64,000 nt of DNA from Chloroflexota bacterium (GCA_005889345.1 VBFR01000184.1:9784-73783); one strand, 5' to 3'; shown: positions 16,245-25,535, counted from the first letter of the stretch. The notes: a model not told the origin generated them from the sequence alone. Program-made: numbers and translations.

Positions 16245-17087
16245 ATGAATTCGACGGCACCGCTGACAGTGGAGAGGTTACAAGTACCAGGCGCAAGCCT
16301 GTACTACGAGTTTCGTGGAGCGGGTCCAGTGCTGCTCATGATGCCGGGCGGTCCGGCGGACGCTGGGGCATTTCGGCACATCGCCGAGCAGCTGGCATCG
16401 GACTACACCGTGGTGACCTATGACCCGCGGGGTCTCTCACACAGCACGCTCGAGACGCCGGTCCAGGACGAGCGGATCGTGCAGATCTTCGCCGACGACG
16501 TTCACCGGCTGCTGACGGCGACCGCGAAAGAGCCGGCGCATGTCTTTGGCAGCAGCGGCGGCGCCGTCATCGGGCTCGAGCTGGCCGCTCGCCATCCGAA
16601 GCAGGTTCGCACCTTCGTGTCGCACGAGCCGCCGTCCCCGGCCCTGCAGCCTGATCCCGTGCGCGCGCGTGCCGAGATGGAGGGCATTGTCGAGACCTAC
16701 CGCGCCGCCGGAATTGGGCCGACGATGCAGAAGTTCATGGTTCACACCCGCATTCGCCAGGCTCCGCCGCCGCCTCCGACCGGCGAGCCGACCCCGGAGG
16801 AGCGCGAGGCGCAGGCCCGATTTGGACGCAACATGGACTTCTGGTTCAGGCACTACTTTCTCGCGATCGCCAACTATGAACCCGATTTCGCGGCGTTGAA
16901 GGCCGGTCCCACGCGGATCGTCCCGGCCGTCGGAGCGGAGTCCAGCGGCGAGCTGGCGCACGAGGGCGGGTTGCGGCTAGCCGAGCGGCTCGGGACGCAA
17001 GCCGTCGTGTTCCCCGGCGCGCACGGAGGCTTCGACAGCCATGCGGAGGAATTCGCGGTCAAGCTGCGCGAGGTCCTCCGAGACTAG
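16245..17087 (+). CDS. Alpha/beta-fold hydrolase
   Basis: GGAGGA lies 6 nt upstream of ATG 16245. Contains PVLLMMPGG, the nucleophile elbow GSSGG, and a C-terminal His region (GAHGGF). Confidence 0.8.
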   Translation: MNSTAPLTVERLQVPGASLYYEFRGAGPVLLMMPGGPADAGAFRHIAEQLASDYTVVTYDPRGLSHSTLETPVQDERIVQIFADDVHRLLTATAKEPAHVFGSSGGAVIGLELAARHPKQVRTFVSHEPPSPALQPDPVRARAEMEGIVETYRAAGIGPTMQKFMVHTRIRQAPPPPPTGEPTPEEREAQARFGRNMDFWFRHYFLAIANYEPDFAALKAGPTRIVPAVGAESSGELAHEGGLRLAERLGTQAVVFPGAHGGFDSHAEEFAVKLREVLRD

Positions 17088-17515
17088 AGCAGCAGCTGCA
17101 CGACGTTTGCGACCACGGCGGCGGCGCTCAGCCAGCCGGCCACGAGGTAGGCCTGCCACACCCGGGGCTTCCGCCGATGCATCAGCATGAGGACGGCCAG
17201 CAGGATGGCAAGGGAGGTTCCTTTGACCGCGTAGGCAACCAGCTCGCCTCGCGTCACCATGATGGGGGCCATGAGGCGGTTGAGCTCCTCGTGTTCGAGT
17301 GCGAGCCCCAGGTGAGTGGTAAGGGTGTCGAGCACCTGGAAGCCGATCAACCCGCCGAGGATGATGGCCTGGCTCAACTGGGAGTTCACTGATGAGCGCG
17401 GCGAAACCGAAACCGAGGCGACCGGGGTGAAGGCGGCGCGCAGGCGTGCGCTCAGCGCGATTTGTCCTGGGAGCGACATCGCAGCTATAGATTTACCAAG
17501 CTTTGCTGCGCGCAA
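17084..17515 (-). CDS. Small integral membrane protein (DUF5658-like motif LD..T....E.N)
   Basis: 3-4 hydrophobic helices, including FQVLDTLTTHLGLALEHEELNRL. Both the start and the family assignment are uncertain. Confidence 0.5.
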   Translation of the reverse strand: MRAAKLGKSIAAMSLPGQIALSARLRAAFTPVASVSVSPRSSVNSQLSQAIILGGLIGFQVLDTLTTHLGLALEHEELNRLMAPIMVTRGELVAYAVKGTSLAILLAVLMLMHRRKPRVWQAYLVAGWLSAAAVVANVVQLLL

Positions 17516-17565
17516 CCTAACGAAACGCGCCCGTTGCCCGGTCGTGATCGGCGCGAACCGCTGGC

Positions 17566-17571
17566 TATACT
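17566..17571 (+). promoter_or_regulatory. -10 box TATACT immediately upstream of the degV GTG-GTG start (leaderless candidate)
   Basis: TATACT-cca-GTG-GTG (GTG at 17575 and 17578), with no Shine-Dalgarno. Confidence 0.35.
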
Positions 17572-17574
17572 CCA

Positions 17575-18408
17575 GTGGTGGTCCGGATCGTCACGGATTC
17601 CACCGCGGACCTGACCAAGGAGCAACAGCAGGCCGCCGGTATCACTGTTGTGCCGCTCAACGTCCACTTCGGCGACCAGGTCTTCCGCGACCACGTGGAT
17701 TTGACCACGGACGAGTTCTTCGGTCGCCTCAGAGCCTCGACCCAGCTACCCCGCACCTCGCAGCCGGCCGTCGGCGTCTTCGAAGAGGCCTATCGCACGC
17801 TCCGCCAGAGCGGTGACGAGATCGTGTCGGTTCACCTCTCCAGCAAGGTCTCGGGGACCTACAACTCGGCGCAGATGGCGGCCAAAGGCGTCGATGAAAA
17901 GGCGATCGATGTCGTCGATTCCCTCAGCACCTCGATGGCGCTCGGCTTCATCGCTCTCGAAGGGGCGAAACTGGCGCGGGCCGGAAAGGATCGTGCCACG
18001 ATTACGGAGCGGCTTCGTGGGCTCGTACCCAAGGCGCGGGTCATCTGCGTGGTGGACACCCTGACCTACCTCGAGCGCGGGGGGCGGATCGGCAAGGCGC
18101 GGGCCCTGCTCGGATCCCTGCTCAACGTCAAGCCGATCCTCCAGCTCAAAGACGGCGAGGTCGTCCCCATCGGTCGGGCGCGCGGGCGGCCGCAGGCGTT
18201 GAGCAAGTTGGTGGAGCTGCTCGAGCGGGACGGTCACGTCAGCCAGCTCGCCATCATGCACGGCGCCGCGCCGGCCGACGCGGAGCAGCTCCGCGAACGG
18301 GTTGCCGCGAGTTATCCCGGCCTCGACATCCTGCTCACGGAGATCGGCGCCGTCCTGGGGACGCACACCGGTCCCGGCGTGATCGGCTTCACCTACCTGG
18401 TCGCGTGA
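17575..18408 (+). CDS. degV: DegV family fatty-acid-binding protein
   Basis: Contains RIVTDSTADL, the TSQPAVG region, SS.VSGTYNSA and LTYLERGGRIGKA. Confidence 0.9.
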   Translation: MVVRIVTDSTADLTKEQQQAAGITVVPLNVHFGDQVFRDHVDLTTDEFFGRLRASTQLPRTSQPAVGVFEEAYRTLRQSGDEIVSVHLSSKVSGTYNSAQMAAKGVDEKAIDVVDSLSTSMALGFIALEGAKLARAGKDRATITERLRGLVPKARVICVVDTLTYLERGGRIGKARALLGSLLNVKPILQLKDGEVVPIGRARGRPQALSKLVELLERDGHVSQLAIMHGAAPADAEQLRERVAASYPGLDILLTEIGAVLGTHTGPGVIGFTYLVA

Positions 18409-20477
18409 CTACGCCGCGGCTTCGCGTAGTGCGGGGCCCGTCCCTGGACGATCCCGTAACGACGCTCGCCGGGGTGAGTGACGTTTACGAGGAGCGGCTG
18501 GAGCGTATCGGCGTGCGCACGCTTCGCGACCTTCTTTTATTCTTCCCGCGGCGATACGAGGATTTCTCCAGCATCACGCCGATCGCCTTCTTACGTCCCG
18601 GGGTCAAGACGACGGTTCGTGGCCGGATCTACGACATCGGCGCACGCCAAACCAAGTACAAGCGGGGACTGACAGAAGCGCTGCTCGGCGACGATTCCGG
18701 AACGACCTTGCGGGTCGTGTGGTTCAACCAACCCTGGATCGCCAAGAGCCTGCAGAAAGGGGATGAGATCTTTGTCGCCGGGGAGGCCGACCTCAACGGC
18801 GGGCTGGTCATGAAGAACCCGGATCACGAAAAGGTGTCCCTTCGCCCGCAGCACGCGGCGCGGCTCGTCCCGATTTACCGGGAGACCGAGGGCCTGACTT
18901 CGAAGTGGCTGCGATCGAAGATCCAGTCGCTGCTTCGCTACGCCGACGAGATCGAAGAGTTCTTGCCCGGTGAGCTGTTGCAGCGGCGCGGATTTCTCTC
19001 ACGCGCCGAGGCGGTGCGGCAGGCGCACTTTCCCGGATCGGCACAGGCGCTCGAGCGCGCGAGGGAGCGCCTCGCCTTCGAGGAGATGTTCGTCTTGCAG
19101 CTGGCCGCGCAACTGGCCAAGCGGGCGCGCAAGGCGCTGACCGCGCAGCCGGTTCCCTTCGACGAGCCGACCGCGCGCGGCTTCGTCAAGGCATTGCCCT
19201 TCCAGCTCACCAACGCACAGCGGGTCGCCGCCTGGCAGATCCTGCAGGATATCGCCCGTCCTCAACCGATGAATCGGTTGCTCGAGGGCGATGTCGGATC
19301 GGGGAAAACCGTGGTGGCGGCGATGACCATGCATCACGTCGCGCGCGCCGGCTTCCAATCGGTGCTGCTTGCCCCGACCGAGGTGCTGGCGCGCCAGCAT
19401 GCCGATGTCATCCAATCGCTGCTCGGACCGTTCCAGATCGATGTCGGTCTCCTGGTGGGGAGCACGCCGGCCACGGCGCGAAAACCGATGCTCGCGTCGT
19501 TGGCCGACGGAGATCTCCCGGTTCTCATCGGGACACACGCGCTGATCGAGGAGGGGGTGCAATTCAAGGACCTGGCGTTGACCGTGGTGGATGAGCAGCA
19601 CCGATTCGGGGTCGGTCAACGCCTCGCGGTGCGGCAGAAGAGCGAGCGCACGCCGCACTTCCTATCGATGACCGCCACGCCGATTCCGCGCACCCTCGGG
19701 CTGACGCTCTTCGGTGATCTCGACATCTCGATCCTTGGCGAGATGCCGCCCGGGCGCCAGCCGGTGAAAACCCGCATGGTGCCGCCCGAGAAGCGGGCCG
19801 ATGCCTACAACTTCATCCGCAAACAGGTCAATGCCGGCCGGCAGGTGTTCGTGATCTGCCCCCTGATCCAGGAGTCCGACAAGCTCGGCGTTCGCTCTGC
19901 GACCCAGGAACTCGAGAAGTTGCAGCGTGACGTCTTTCCCGAGCTGGCGCCCCGCATTGCGCTACTCCACGGGCGGCTGAAATCTGCCGAGAAGGAAGCG
20001 GTGATGGCGGGATTCCAGCGGGGCGACGTAGCCATCCTCGTCTCCACCTCGGTGGTCGAAGTCGGCATCGACATTCCCAACGCCACCGTGATGATGATCG
20101 AGGGCGCTGATCGTTTCGGCCTGGCGCAGCTGCATCAATTCCGCGGCCGCGTGGGTAGAGGAACGGAGGAATCCTGGTGCTTCCTCTTCACGGATGCCGA
20201 GGATCCGCAGTCGCTCAAGCGCCTGCAGGCCGTCGTCACCAATCAAAGTGGCTTCGATCTTGCGGAGATTGACCTCGAGCTACGCGGCTGGGGTGATCTC
20301 GCTGGTTACCGGCAGCACGGCAAGGACTTCAAGATGGCCAGCCTGCTGGACGCCGTGTTGATCAGCGACGCCCAGAGCGAGGCCGTCCGCCTCTTGGACC
20401 GCGACCCGGCCTTGGACGGCGAGCCGGCGCTCCGCCGCCAGCTTTCGGCGTATCGTCAGGTGTTCGCTCTGGACTGA
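18405..20477 (+). CDS. recG: ATP-dependent DNA helicase RecG
   Basis: GTGA overlap with degV. Contains a wedge/OB region, Walker A GDVGSGKT, DEQHRFGV, MTATPIPRTL and QLHQFRGRVGRG. Confidence 0.95.
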   Translation: MTTPRLRVVRGPSLDDPVTTLAGVSDVYEERLERIGVRTLRDLLLFFPRRYEDFSSITPIAFLRPGVKTTVRGRIYDIGARQTKYKRGLTEALLGDDSGTTLRVVWFNQPWIAKSLQKGDEIFVAGEADLNGGLVMKNPDHEKVSLRPQHAARLVPIYRETEGLTSKWLRSKIQSLLRYADEIEEFLPGELLQRRGFLSRAEAVRQAHFPGSAQALERARERLAFEEMFVLQLAAQLAKRARKALTAQPVPFDEPTARGFVKALPFQLTNAQRVAAWQILQDIARPQPMNRLLEGDVGSGKTVVAAMTMHHVARAGFQSVLLAPTEVLARQHADVIQSLLGPFQIDVGLLVGSTPATARKPMLASLADGDLPVLIGTHALIEEGVQFKDLALTVVDEQHRFGVGQRLAVRQKSERTPHFLSMTATPIPRTLGLTLFGDLDISILGEMPPGRQPVKTRMVPPEKRADAYNFIRKQVNAGRQVFVICPLIQESDKLGVRSATQELEKLQRDVFPELAPRIALLHGRLKSAEKEAVMAGFQRGDVAILVSTSVVEVGIDIPNATVMMIEGADRFGLAQLHQFRGRVGRGTEESWCFLFTDAEDPQSLKRLQAVVTNQSGFDLAEIDLELRGWGDLAGYRQHGKDFKMASLLDAVLISDAQSEAVRLLDRDPALDGEPALRRQLSAYRQVFALD

Positions 20478-20669
20478 CCTTCGGTGGTGGCGGTGCAGCG
20501 GGCGACCTCCGCCCCAGCAGCACCGTCAGGATGCGACCGACCGCCATCCCGGCGGCGAGCGGCAGCGCCAGAACCAGGACAATGCCGAGGAGGGCGTCGA
20601 CGACGACTATGTCGCGGCTCCTTTGCAAGGACCAGCAGCCGCGCCGCCGTGGCCTGCTTTACTCATCAC

Positions 20670-21233
20670 ATGTCCGGGCCAGCCACGCGTGTCACTGCCG
20701 GGATAAGCCGCGGTCGTCTCCTCAAGACCCCGCCGGGGCGCTCGACGCGTCCCACCACGTCATTGGTGCGCGAAGCCTTGTTCAACATCATCGGCGACAG
20801 CATACGCGGTGCGCGTGTATTGGACTTGTTCGCCGGCGCAGGAACGCTTGGCGTCGAGGCACTCTCTCGCGGCGCCGCGTGGGCGACATTTGTGGAACGC
20901 GACCGAGGCTGTGCTAACATCGTGGCCGAGAATTTGGTCGCAACCGGCTTCGCCCAGCAGGGCGACGTGGTCAGCGCCGATGCCATTGAGTGGTTGAAGG
21001 CGCCCACCAGCGACCTCACCTCCTACAACCTTCTTCTCGTTGACCCACCCTACCGTGAAGGCGTGACGCTGGCCGCGGCCCTCCAGACGCTCGACCGCGT
21101 CTCACTGCGCGACCAGGCGCTGCTCGTGGTCGAGCACCATCGCTCCCAACCGATGCCACCGCTGCAACGCCTGACGCAGGTGCGCGAGCGCGATTACGGC
21201 AGCACCCGGCTCACGTTCTTGAGGTATGCGTGA
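20670..21233 (+). CDS. rsmD: 16S rRNA (guanine966-N2)-methyltransferase RsmD
   Basis: Contains RPTTSLVREALFNI, VLDLFAGAGTLGVEALSRGA and LLLVDPPY. This is an internal ATG of track ORF 20484..21233. Confidence 0.88.
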   Translation: MSGPATRVTAGISRGRLLKTPPGRSTRPTTSLVREALFNIIGDSIRGARVLDLFAGAGTLGVEALSRGAAWATFVERDRGCANIVAENLVATGFAQQGDVVSADAIEWLKAPTSDLTSYNLLLVDPPYREGVTLAAALQTLDRVSLRDQALLVVEHHRSQPMPPLQRLTQVRERDYGSTRLTFLRYA

Positions 21234-21721
21234 TCACCGCGCTCTACCCAGGCAGCTTCGATCCGCTAACGCACGGCCACCTGGATATCGTCGACCGTGC
21301 CGCGCGCATCTTCGACCGGGTCGTGATCGCCGTTCTGGAGAATCCAAACAAGCGGCCGCTCTTCACGAGCGAGGAGCGCGTCGCCATGATCAAGGACAGT
21401 CTCGGAGACCGCGCGGGCGTCGAGGTCAGCACCTTCAGCGGTCTCACCATCGACTTTGCTCGTGAGGTTGGCGCCCGCGTCATCGTTCGCGGGCTCCGCG
21501 CCGTGTCAGACTTCGAGAGTGAGTTCCAGATGGCGCTGATGAACCGCCGTCTGGAGCCCGATGTCACGACGGTCTTCATTCCCACCAGCCTGCGCCATCT
21601 GTTTCTCAGCTCCAGCTTGATCAAAGAGCTCGCCGAGTTCGGTGGCGACATCTCGGAATTCGTCCCAGCCAACGTCGTCGGACCACTCAAGCAACGTCTC
21701 AGCAAGGGAGCACACGCATGA
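21230..21721 (+). CDS. coaD: Phosphopantetheine adenylyltransferase
   Basis: GTGA overlap with rsmD. Contains YPGSFDPLTHGHLDIV, RGLRAVSDFE and ISSSLIKE. Confidence 0.95.
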   Translation: MITALYPGSFDPLTHGHLDIVDRAARIFDRVVIAVLENPNKRPLFTSEERVAMIKDSLGDRAGVEVSTFSGLTIDFAREVGARVIVRGLRAVSDFESEFQMALMNRRLEPDVTTVFIPTSLRHLFLSSSLIKELAEFGGDISEFVPANVVGPLKQRLSKGAHA

Positions 21722-22203
21722 ATATCCATGAAGCGATCGATCGCCTCGAATATGTGATCGGCCACAGCCGCCAGATCCCGCTGACCCGCACCGTCGTCGT
21801 CGACCAGGAAGAGGTGCTGGCCTGCATCGACGAGCTCCGGTTGAGCCTTCCGGACGAGATCAAGCAGGCCCGCTGGACGCTCCAGGAGCAGCAACGCCTG
21901 CTGTCCGAGGCGCAGGCGGAGGCGGCGAGGACCGTCAGCAAAGCGGGGGAGCGGGCCCAGAACATGATCGGGCAACACGACCTGGTCAAGCGCGCCGAGA
22001 AGCAGGCCGAGGCCATGCTCAAAGACGCCAGCCTGAAAGCCGAGGAGACGCGCCGCGCCGCGGATCGCTACGCCTGGGAGGTCATGCAGAACCTTGAGAC
22101 CCAGCTGCTGCGGACGGTTGCGACCGTCAAGAAAGGGGTGGAGGCATTACGGACGCCGCCGGCCAAGGCCGGCAGGGAAGTAGAGGTCGTCAGCGGGCGC
22201 TAG
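21718..22203 (+). CDS. Hypothetical coiled-coil protein (161 aa)
   Basis: ATGA overlap with coaD. The C-terminal half is helical and rich in A/E/K/R. It occupies the slot upstream of rpmF. No family recognised. Confidence 0.6.
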   Translation: MNIHEAIDRLEYVIGHSRQIPLTRTVVVDQEEVLACIDELRLSLPDEIKQARWTLQEQQRLLSEAQAEAARTVSKAGERAQNMIGQHDLVKRAEKQAEAMLKDASLKAEETRRAADRYAWEVMQNLETQLLRTVATVKKGVEALRTPPAKAGREVEVVSGR

Positions 22204-22215
22204 ACCAAGGCCCCG

Positions 22216-22221
22216 TATAAT
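22216..22221 (+). promoter_or_regulatory. -10 box TATAAT, 9 nt upstream of the rpmF ATG (leaderless candidate)
   Basis: TATAAT-gggctgccc-ATG, with no Shine-Dalgarno. Confidence 0.4.
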
Positions 22222-22230
22222 GGGCTGCCC

Positions 22231-22407
22231 ATGGCTCTCCCAAAGACCCGGTACGCGCATGCCCGCCAGGGCGAACGCCGCGCGCACCTGGCGATAAAGC
22301 GCATGCAGCTCGTCGAGTGCTCGCAGTGCCACCAGCCGAAGCGGCCGCACGCGATCTGTCGTAATTGCGGCTACTACGACGGGCGCGAAGTCATCAAGAC
22401 CGACTAG
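22231..22407 (+). CDS. rpmF: 50S ribosomal protein L32
   Basis: Not in the track (58 aa). Sequence MALPKTRYAHARQGERRAHLAIKRMQLVECSQCHQPKRPHAICRNCGYYDGREVIKTD, with a CxxC...CxxC zinc ribbon. Confidence 0.93.
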   Translation: MALPKTRYAHARQGERRAHLAIKRMQLVECSQCHQPKRPHAICRNCGYYDGREVIKTD

Positions 22408-22416
22408 GTTTCTCCG

Positions 22417-23340
22417 ATCACCGTCGCCTTCCTGTTTCCAGGCCAGGGCGCCCAATTCGTCGGGATGGCCCGCGACCTGTTGGAGCGGGATCCTGGTTCG
22501 CGGGACCTCCTTGGCCAGGCTGAGAACCGCCTTGACCTGCCCCTCAAGCGCCTGATGCTGGAAGGACCGGAGGCCGAGTTGCAGGCGACCGAAAATGCCC
22601 AGGTGGCCATCCTCTTTCACAGCGTGGCGCTGCTTCGACTGATGAGCGCCCAGGAGTACCGCCCCTCGCTGGTCGCAGGCCACAGCATGGGCGAGTTTGC
22701 CGGCCTGGTGGCCGCCGAGGCGCTCGATCCCCTGGACGCGCTTGCGGCCGTACGGGCCCGCGGCGCCGCCATGTCGGCCGCCGCGCCGAGGGCCAGCGGC
22801 ATGATCGCCGTGCTCGGCCTCACGGACGGCGCGGTCGAAGCGGCCTGTGCGGCCAGCGGGGGAGAGGTGGTCGTCGCCAACTACAATGCGCCCGGCCAGG
22901 TGGTGATCTCGGGGAGCGAGGCGGGCCTAACGGCGATCAGCCCGCACTTGGAGGCAGCCGGGGCAAAGCGCCTCGTGCGGCTGCCGGTCAGCGGGGCGTT
23001 CCATTCGCCGCTGATGGCCCGCGCGGCCGAGGTGTTTGCCGCCGCCTGGGAGAAGCTCCCCCTGCGCGCGTTGCGCCGCCCCCAGGTCTTCAATGCCGAT
23101 GCGCAGGTTCACCAGGATCCGATGGAGGTCCGCCGCTTGATGGTTGGCCAGCTGACCGGTCCGGTGCGCTGGACGCAGTCGATCCAGCGTTTGCAGAAGC
23201 TGGGCGCGGACACCTACATTGAGGTTGGTCCACGGCGGACACTCACCGGGCTGGTCAAAAAGATTCTCCCTGGCGCGGTGGTCCACAATGTCGAGGACCT
23301 CACCAGCATGAACACCTTGCTAGAGACGACCCATGGCTGA
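22417..23340 (+). CDS. fabD: Malonyl CoA-ACP transacylase
   Basis: Contains AFLFPGQGAQ, GHSMGEFAG and SGAFHSPLM. The track start ATG 22465 lies downstream of the conserved FPGQGAQ motif. The start given (ATC 22417) is inferred. The reading frame opens at 22408, directly after the rpmF TAG. Confidence 0.9.
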   Translation: MTVAFLFPGQGAQFVGMARDLLERDPGSRDLLGQAENRLDLPLKRLMLEGPEAELQATENAQVAILFHSVALLRLMSAQEYRPSLVAGHSMGEFAGLVAAEALDPLDALAAVRARGAAMSAAAPRASGMIAVLGLTDGAVEAACAASGGEVVVANYNAPGQVVISGSEAGLTAISPHLEAAGAKRLVRLPVSGAFHSPLMARAAEVFAAAWEKLPLRALRRPQVFNADAQVHQDPMEVRRLMVGQLTGPVRWTQSIQRLQKLGADTYIEVGPRRTLTGLVKKILPGAVVHNVEDLTSMNTLLETTHG

Positions 23341-24082
23341 CGGCTTTGCCGATCAGGTCGTGCTCGTCACCGGAGGAAGCCGCGGCATCGGTCGCGCCAC
23401 CGCGGTCCTCTTTGGCGAGGCTGGGGCCGCGGTAGCGATCACCTACAAGAGCCGCGAGGCCGAGGCCGACTCTCTGGTCGAGCAGCTTTCGCACGCCGGG
23501 CACAAGGCGATGGCGGTGCAGGCGGACTTCGCCGACAGCGCCGCCCCCGGCGTTGCCGTCGAGGCGGTCGTCAAAGAGTGGGGGCGGCTGGATGTGCTAG
23601 TGAACAACGCCGGGCTCACCCGGGACACGCTGGTGATGCGGATGAGCGAGGCGGACTGGGACATCGTCATCCAGACCAACCTGAAAGCGGCTTTTCTGGC
23701 GAGCAAGGCGGCGCTGCGCCCCATGCTCAAGCAGAAATACGGCCGCATCGTGAATGTCTCATCGCTCGCCGGCGTCGCCGGCAACGCCGGTCAGGCCAAC
23801 TACAGCGCCTCCAAGGCGGGCCTGATCGGGTTGACCAAAGCGCTGGCCAAAGAGGTCGGCTCGCGGAACATCACCGTCAACGCGGTCGCCCCCGGCTTCA
23901 TCACGACCGAACTCACCAGCAGCTTGCCGGCCGACCTCCTGGAGCGTGCCCGGCAGGCGGCGGCCATCCCTCGGATCGGGATTCCGGATGATGTCGCGCC
24001 GGCGATCGTTTTCCTCGCTTCGCGGGCGGCCGGCTACATCACCGGCCAAGTTTTAGGCATTGACGGGGGTTTGCCAATCTAG
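23333..24082 (+). CDS. fabG: 3-oxoacyl-ACP reductase
   Basis: Contains TGGSRGIG, NNAG and the YSASKAG catalytic triad region, with PGFITT following. Confidence 0.93.
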   Translation: MADGFADQVVLVTGGSRGIGRATAVLFGEAGAAVAITYKSREAEADSLVEQLSHAGHKAMAVQADFADSAAPGVAVEAVVKEWGRLDVLVNNAGLTRDTLVMRMSEADWDIVIQTNLKAAFLASKAALRPMLKQKYGRIVNVSSLAGVAGNAGQANYSASKAGLIGLTKALAKEVGSRNITVNAVAPGFITTELTSSLPADLLERARQAAAIPRIGIPDDVAPAIVFLASRAAGYITGQVLGIDGGLPI

Positions 24083-24144
24083 ACATTGGGGCCCGGGCTT
24101 CGTCTAGAATTTGACCGCACTCGCACTGCCAAAAGGGGAGTCGG

Positions 24145-24393
24145 ATGGACGCGAACAGTTACGAGAAGTTCAAGGGCATCATCGCCGAACAGCTAGGAGT
24201 GGAGCCTGAGCAAGTCACGCCCGACGCCTCGTTTGTCGACGACCTCAATGCCGATTCGCTCGACCTGGTCGAGCTGATCATGGCGTTCGAGGAAGAATAC
24301 GGGATGGAGATACCTGACGAAGACGCGGAAAAGATTCAAACCGTCGGAGCCGCCTGGGACTACGTCCAGGAGAAGCTCGGCATCACCACCTGA
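24145..24393 (+). CDS. acpP: Acyl carrier protein
   Basis: [21 protein letters not shown] (DSL phosphopantetheine attachment site). Confidence 0.95.
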   Translation: MDANSYEKFKGIIAEQLGVEPEQVTPDASFVDDLNADSLDLVELIMAFEEEYGMEIPDEDAEKIQTVGAAWDYVQEKLGITT

Positions 24394-24430
24394 GCCGAAG
24401 CTCGCTCAACCGGACGAGCCTTTACAGAAG

Positions 24431-25171
24431 CTGCAGCGGACCCTTCGAGTTCGCTTTCACGAGCCTGCGCTGCTGCGCCAGGCTCTGACGCATCGCTCCT
24501 ACAACAACGAGCACCCGGAGAGTGGCTCCGCCGACAACGAGCGGCTGGAGTACCTCGGCGACGCAGTGCTCGAATTGATCGCGGCCGAGCACCTCTATCA
24601 CACCTACCTCACGTCTGATGAGGGGGAGCTGACCCGATTGCGAGCCTCGGTGGTCAACACCAAGAGCCTCGCCCGCCTGGCCTCACGGCTGAGCCTCGGC
24701 GACTATCTGCTGCTGGGCAAAGGCGCGCACAAGACCGGCGCGCGCTCGCTGCAGTCGATCCTGGCCAACACCTTCGAAGCGGTGATCGGCGCCATCTTCC
24801 TCGACCAGGGGTACCGAGCCGCCTACAAACTGTTCAGCCGAAGCCTGATCGACGTGCAGGCCTGGCCGGACGATAACTACAAGGGGCGTCTCCAGGAGGT
24901 GACGCAGGAGCGTTTTCTGTCGACACCGCAGTACGACATCGTCGGTGCCTCGGGTCCCGGGCACCGCCGTGAATACACCGCCGAGGTCAGCTTCGGCGAC
25001 GGCGTCAGCGGCAAGGGGCGCGGGCGAACCAAACGCGACGCCGAGCAGATGGCGGCGCGCGAGGCCCTCGCGGCGCTTGGAGCGCTTGACCAACCGCCGG
25101 TGCAGGACGAAGTGCTGGAGGCGGTGGCCCACGAGGCGCGCCGCGCACCGGCGAACCAACCCGGCAACTGA
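24431..25171 (+). CDS. rnc: Ribonuclease III
   Basis: LLRQALTHRSY and the catalytic signature NERLEYLGDAVLEL lie upstream of the track start (GTG 24566) in the same open frame. A C-terminal dsRBD follows (KGRLQE...GKGRGRTKRDAEQMAAREAL). The start given is CTG 24431 (inferred). Confidence 0.9.
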   Translation: MQRTLRVRFHEPALLRQALTHRSYNNEHPESGSADNERLEYLGDAVLELIAAEHLYHTYLTSDEGELTRLRASVVNTKSLARLASRLSLGDYLLLGKGAHKTGARSLQSILANTFEAVIGAIFLDQGYRAAYKLFSRSLIDVQAWPDDNYKGRLQEVTQERFLSTPQYDIVGASGPGHRREYTAEVSFGDGVSGKGRGRTKRDAEQMAAREALAALGALDQPPVQDEVLEAVAHEARRAPANQPGN

Positions 25172-25184
25172 TGAAATAAGGCGC

Positions 25185-25535
25185 TTACCCGGCTTCTTCG
25201 ATTTCGGCGACGCGGGCTTTCACCATCCTGGCGATGAGCGGATAGGGAAGGGGCTTGTTGGCGGGTAATTGAATCGTGCCCTTGCTCATGAGGTAATCCT
25301 TGAGGTCCTCGGCGTGAGCCTTCGTGACGCGGTTGCCCAGTCCGTACAGTGAATAGTGGGCCTTCCAGTAGCCGAAGTATGCAACGGGCTTGCGTTTGAG
25401 CTTGTAACCCACGATTCCGTAGCTGACCGATTCAGTCGCCCTCGGTGCCGCCGCCTTGATGGTCTGGCGGAGCTTCTTCAGCGTCGCTTGCTTCTCCTTC
25501 GGTGCCTTGGCCAGGTAGTCGTCGACGGTCTTCAT
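25185..25535 (-). CDS. DUF1801 (YdhG-like) domain protein
   Basis: Contains TVDDYLAKAP.EKQ..L..LR..I....P.A.E.ISYG...YK... Confidence 0.75.
   Translation of the reverse strand: MKTVDDYLAKAPKEKQATLKKLRQTIKAAAPRATESVSYGIVGYKLKRKPVAYFGYWKAHYSLYGLGNRVTKAHAEDLKDYLMSKGTIQLPANKPLPYPLIARMVKARVAEIEEAG

Noticed and set aside
22405-22407. TAG read-through or recoding producing an L32-FabD fusion (same frame, no start codon between)
   Set aside because: TAG is used as an ordinary terminator by several confident genes here (lipoprotein stop 12425, rpmB 13842, tsf 50625, the PT-rich gene at 61590). A ribosomal-protein/FabD fusion has no precedent that I know of. Near-cognate initiation is the simpler explanation.
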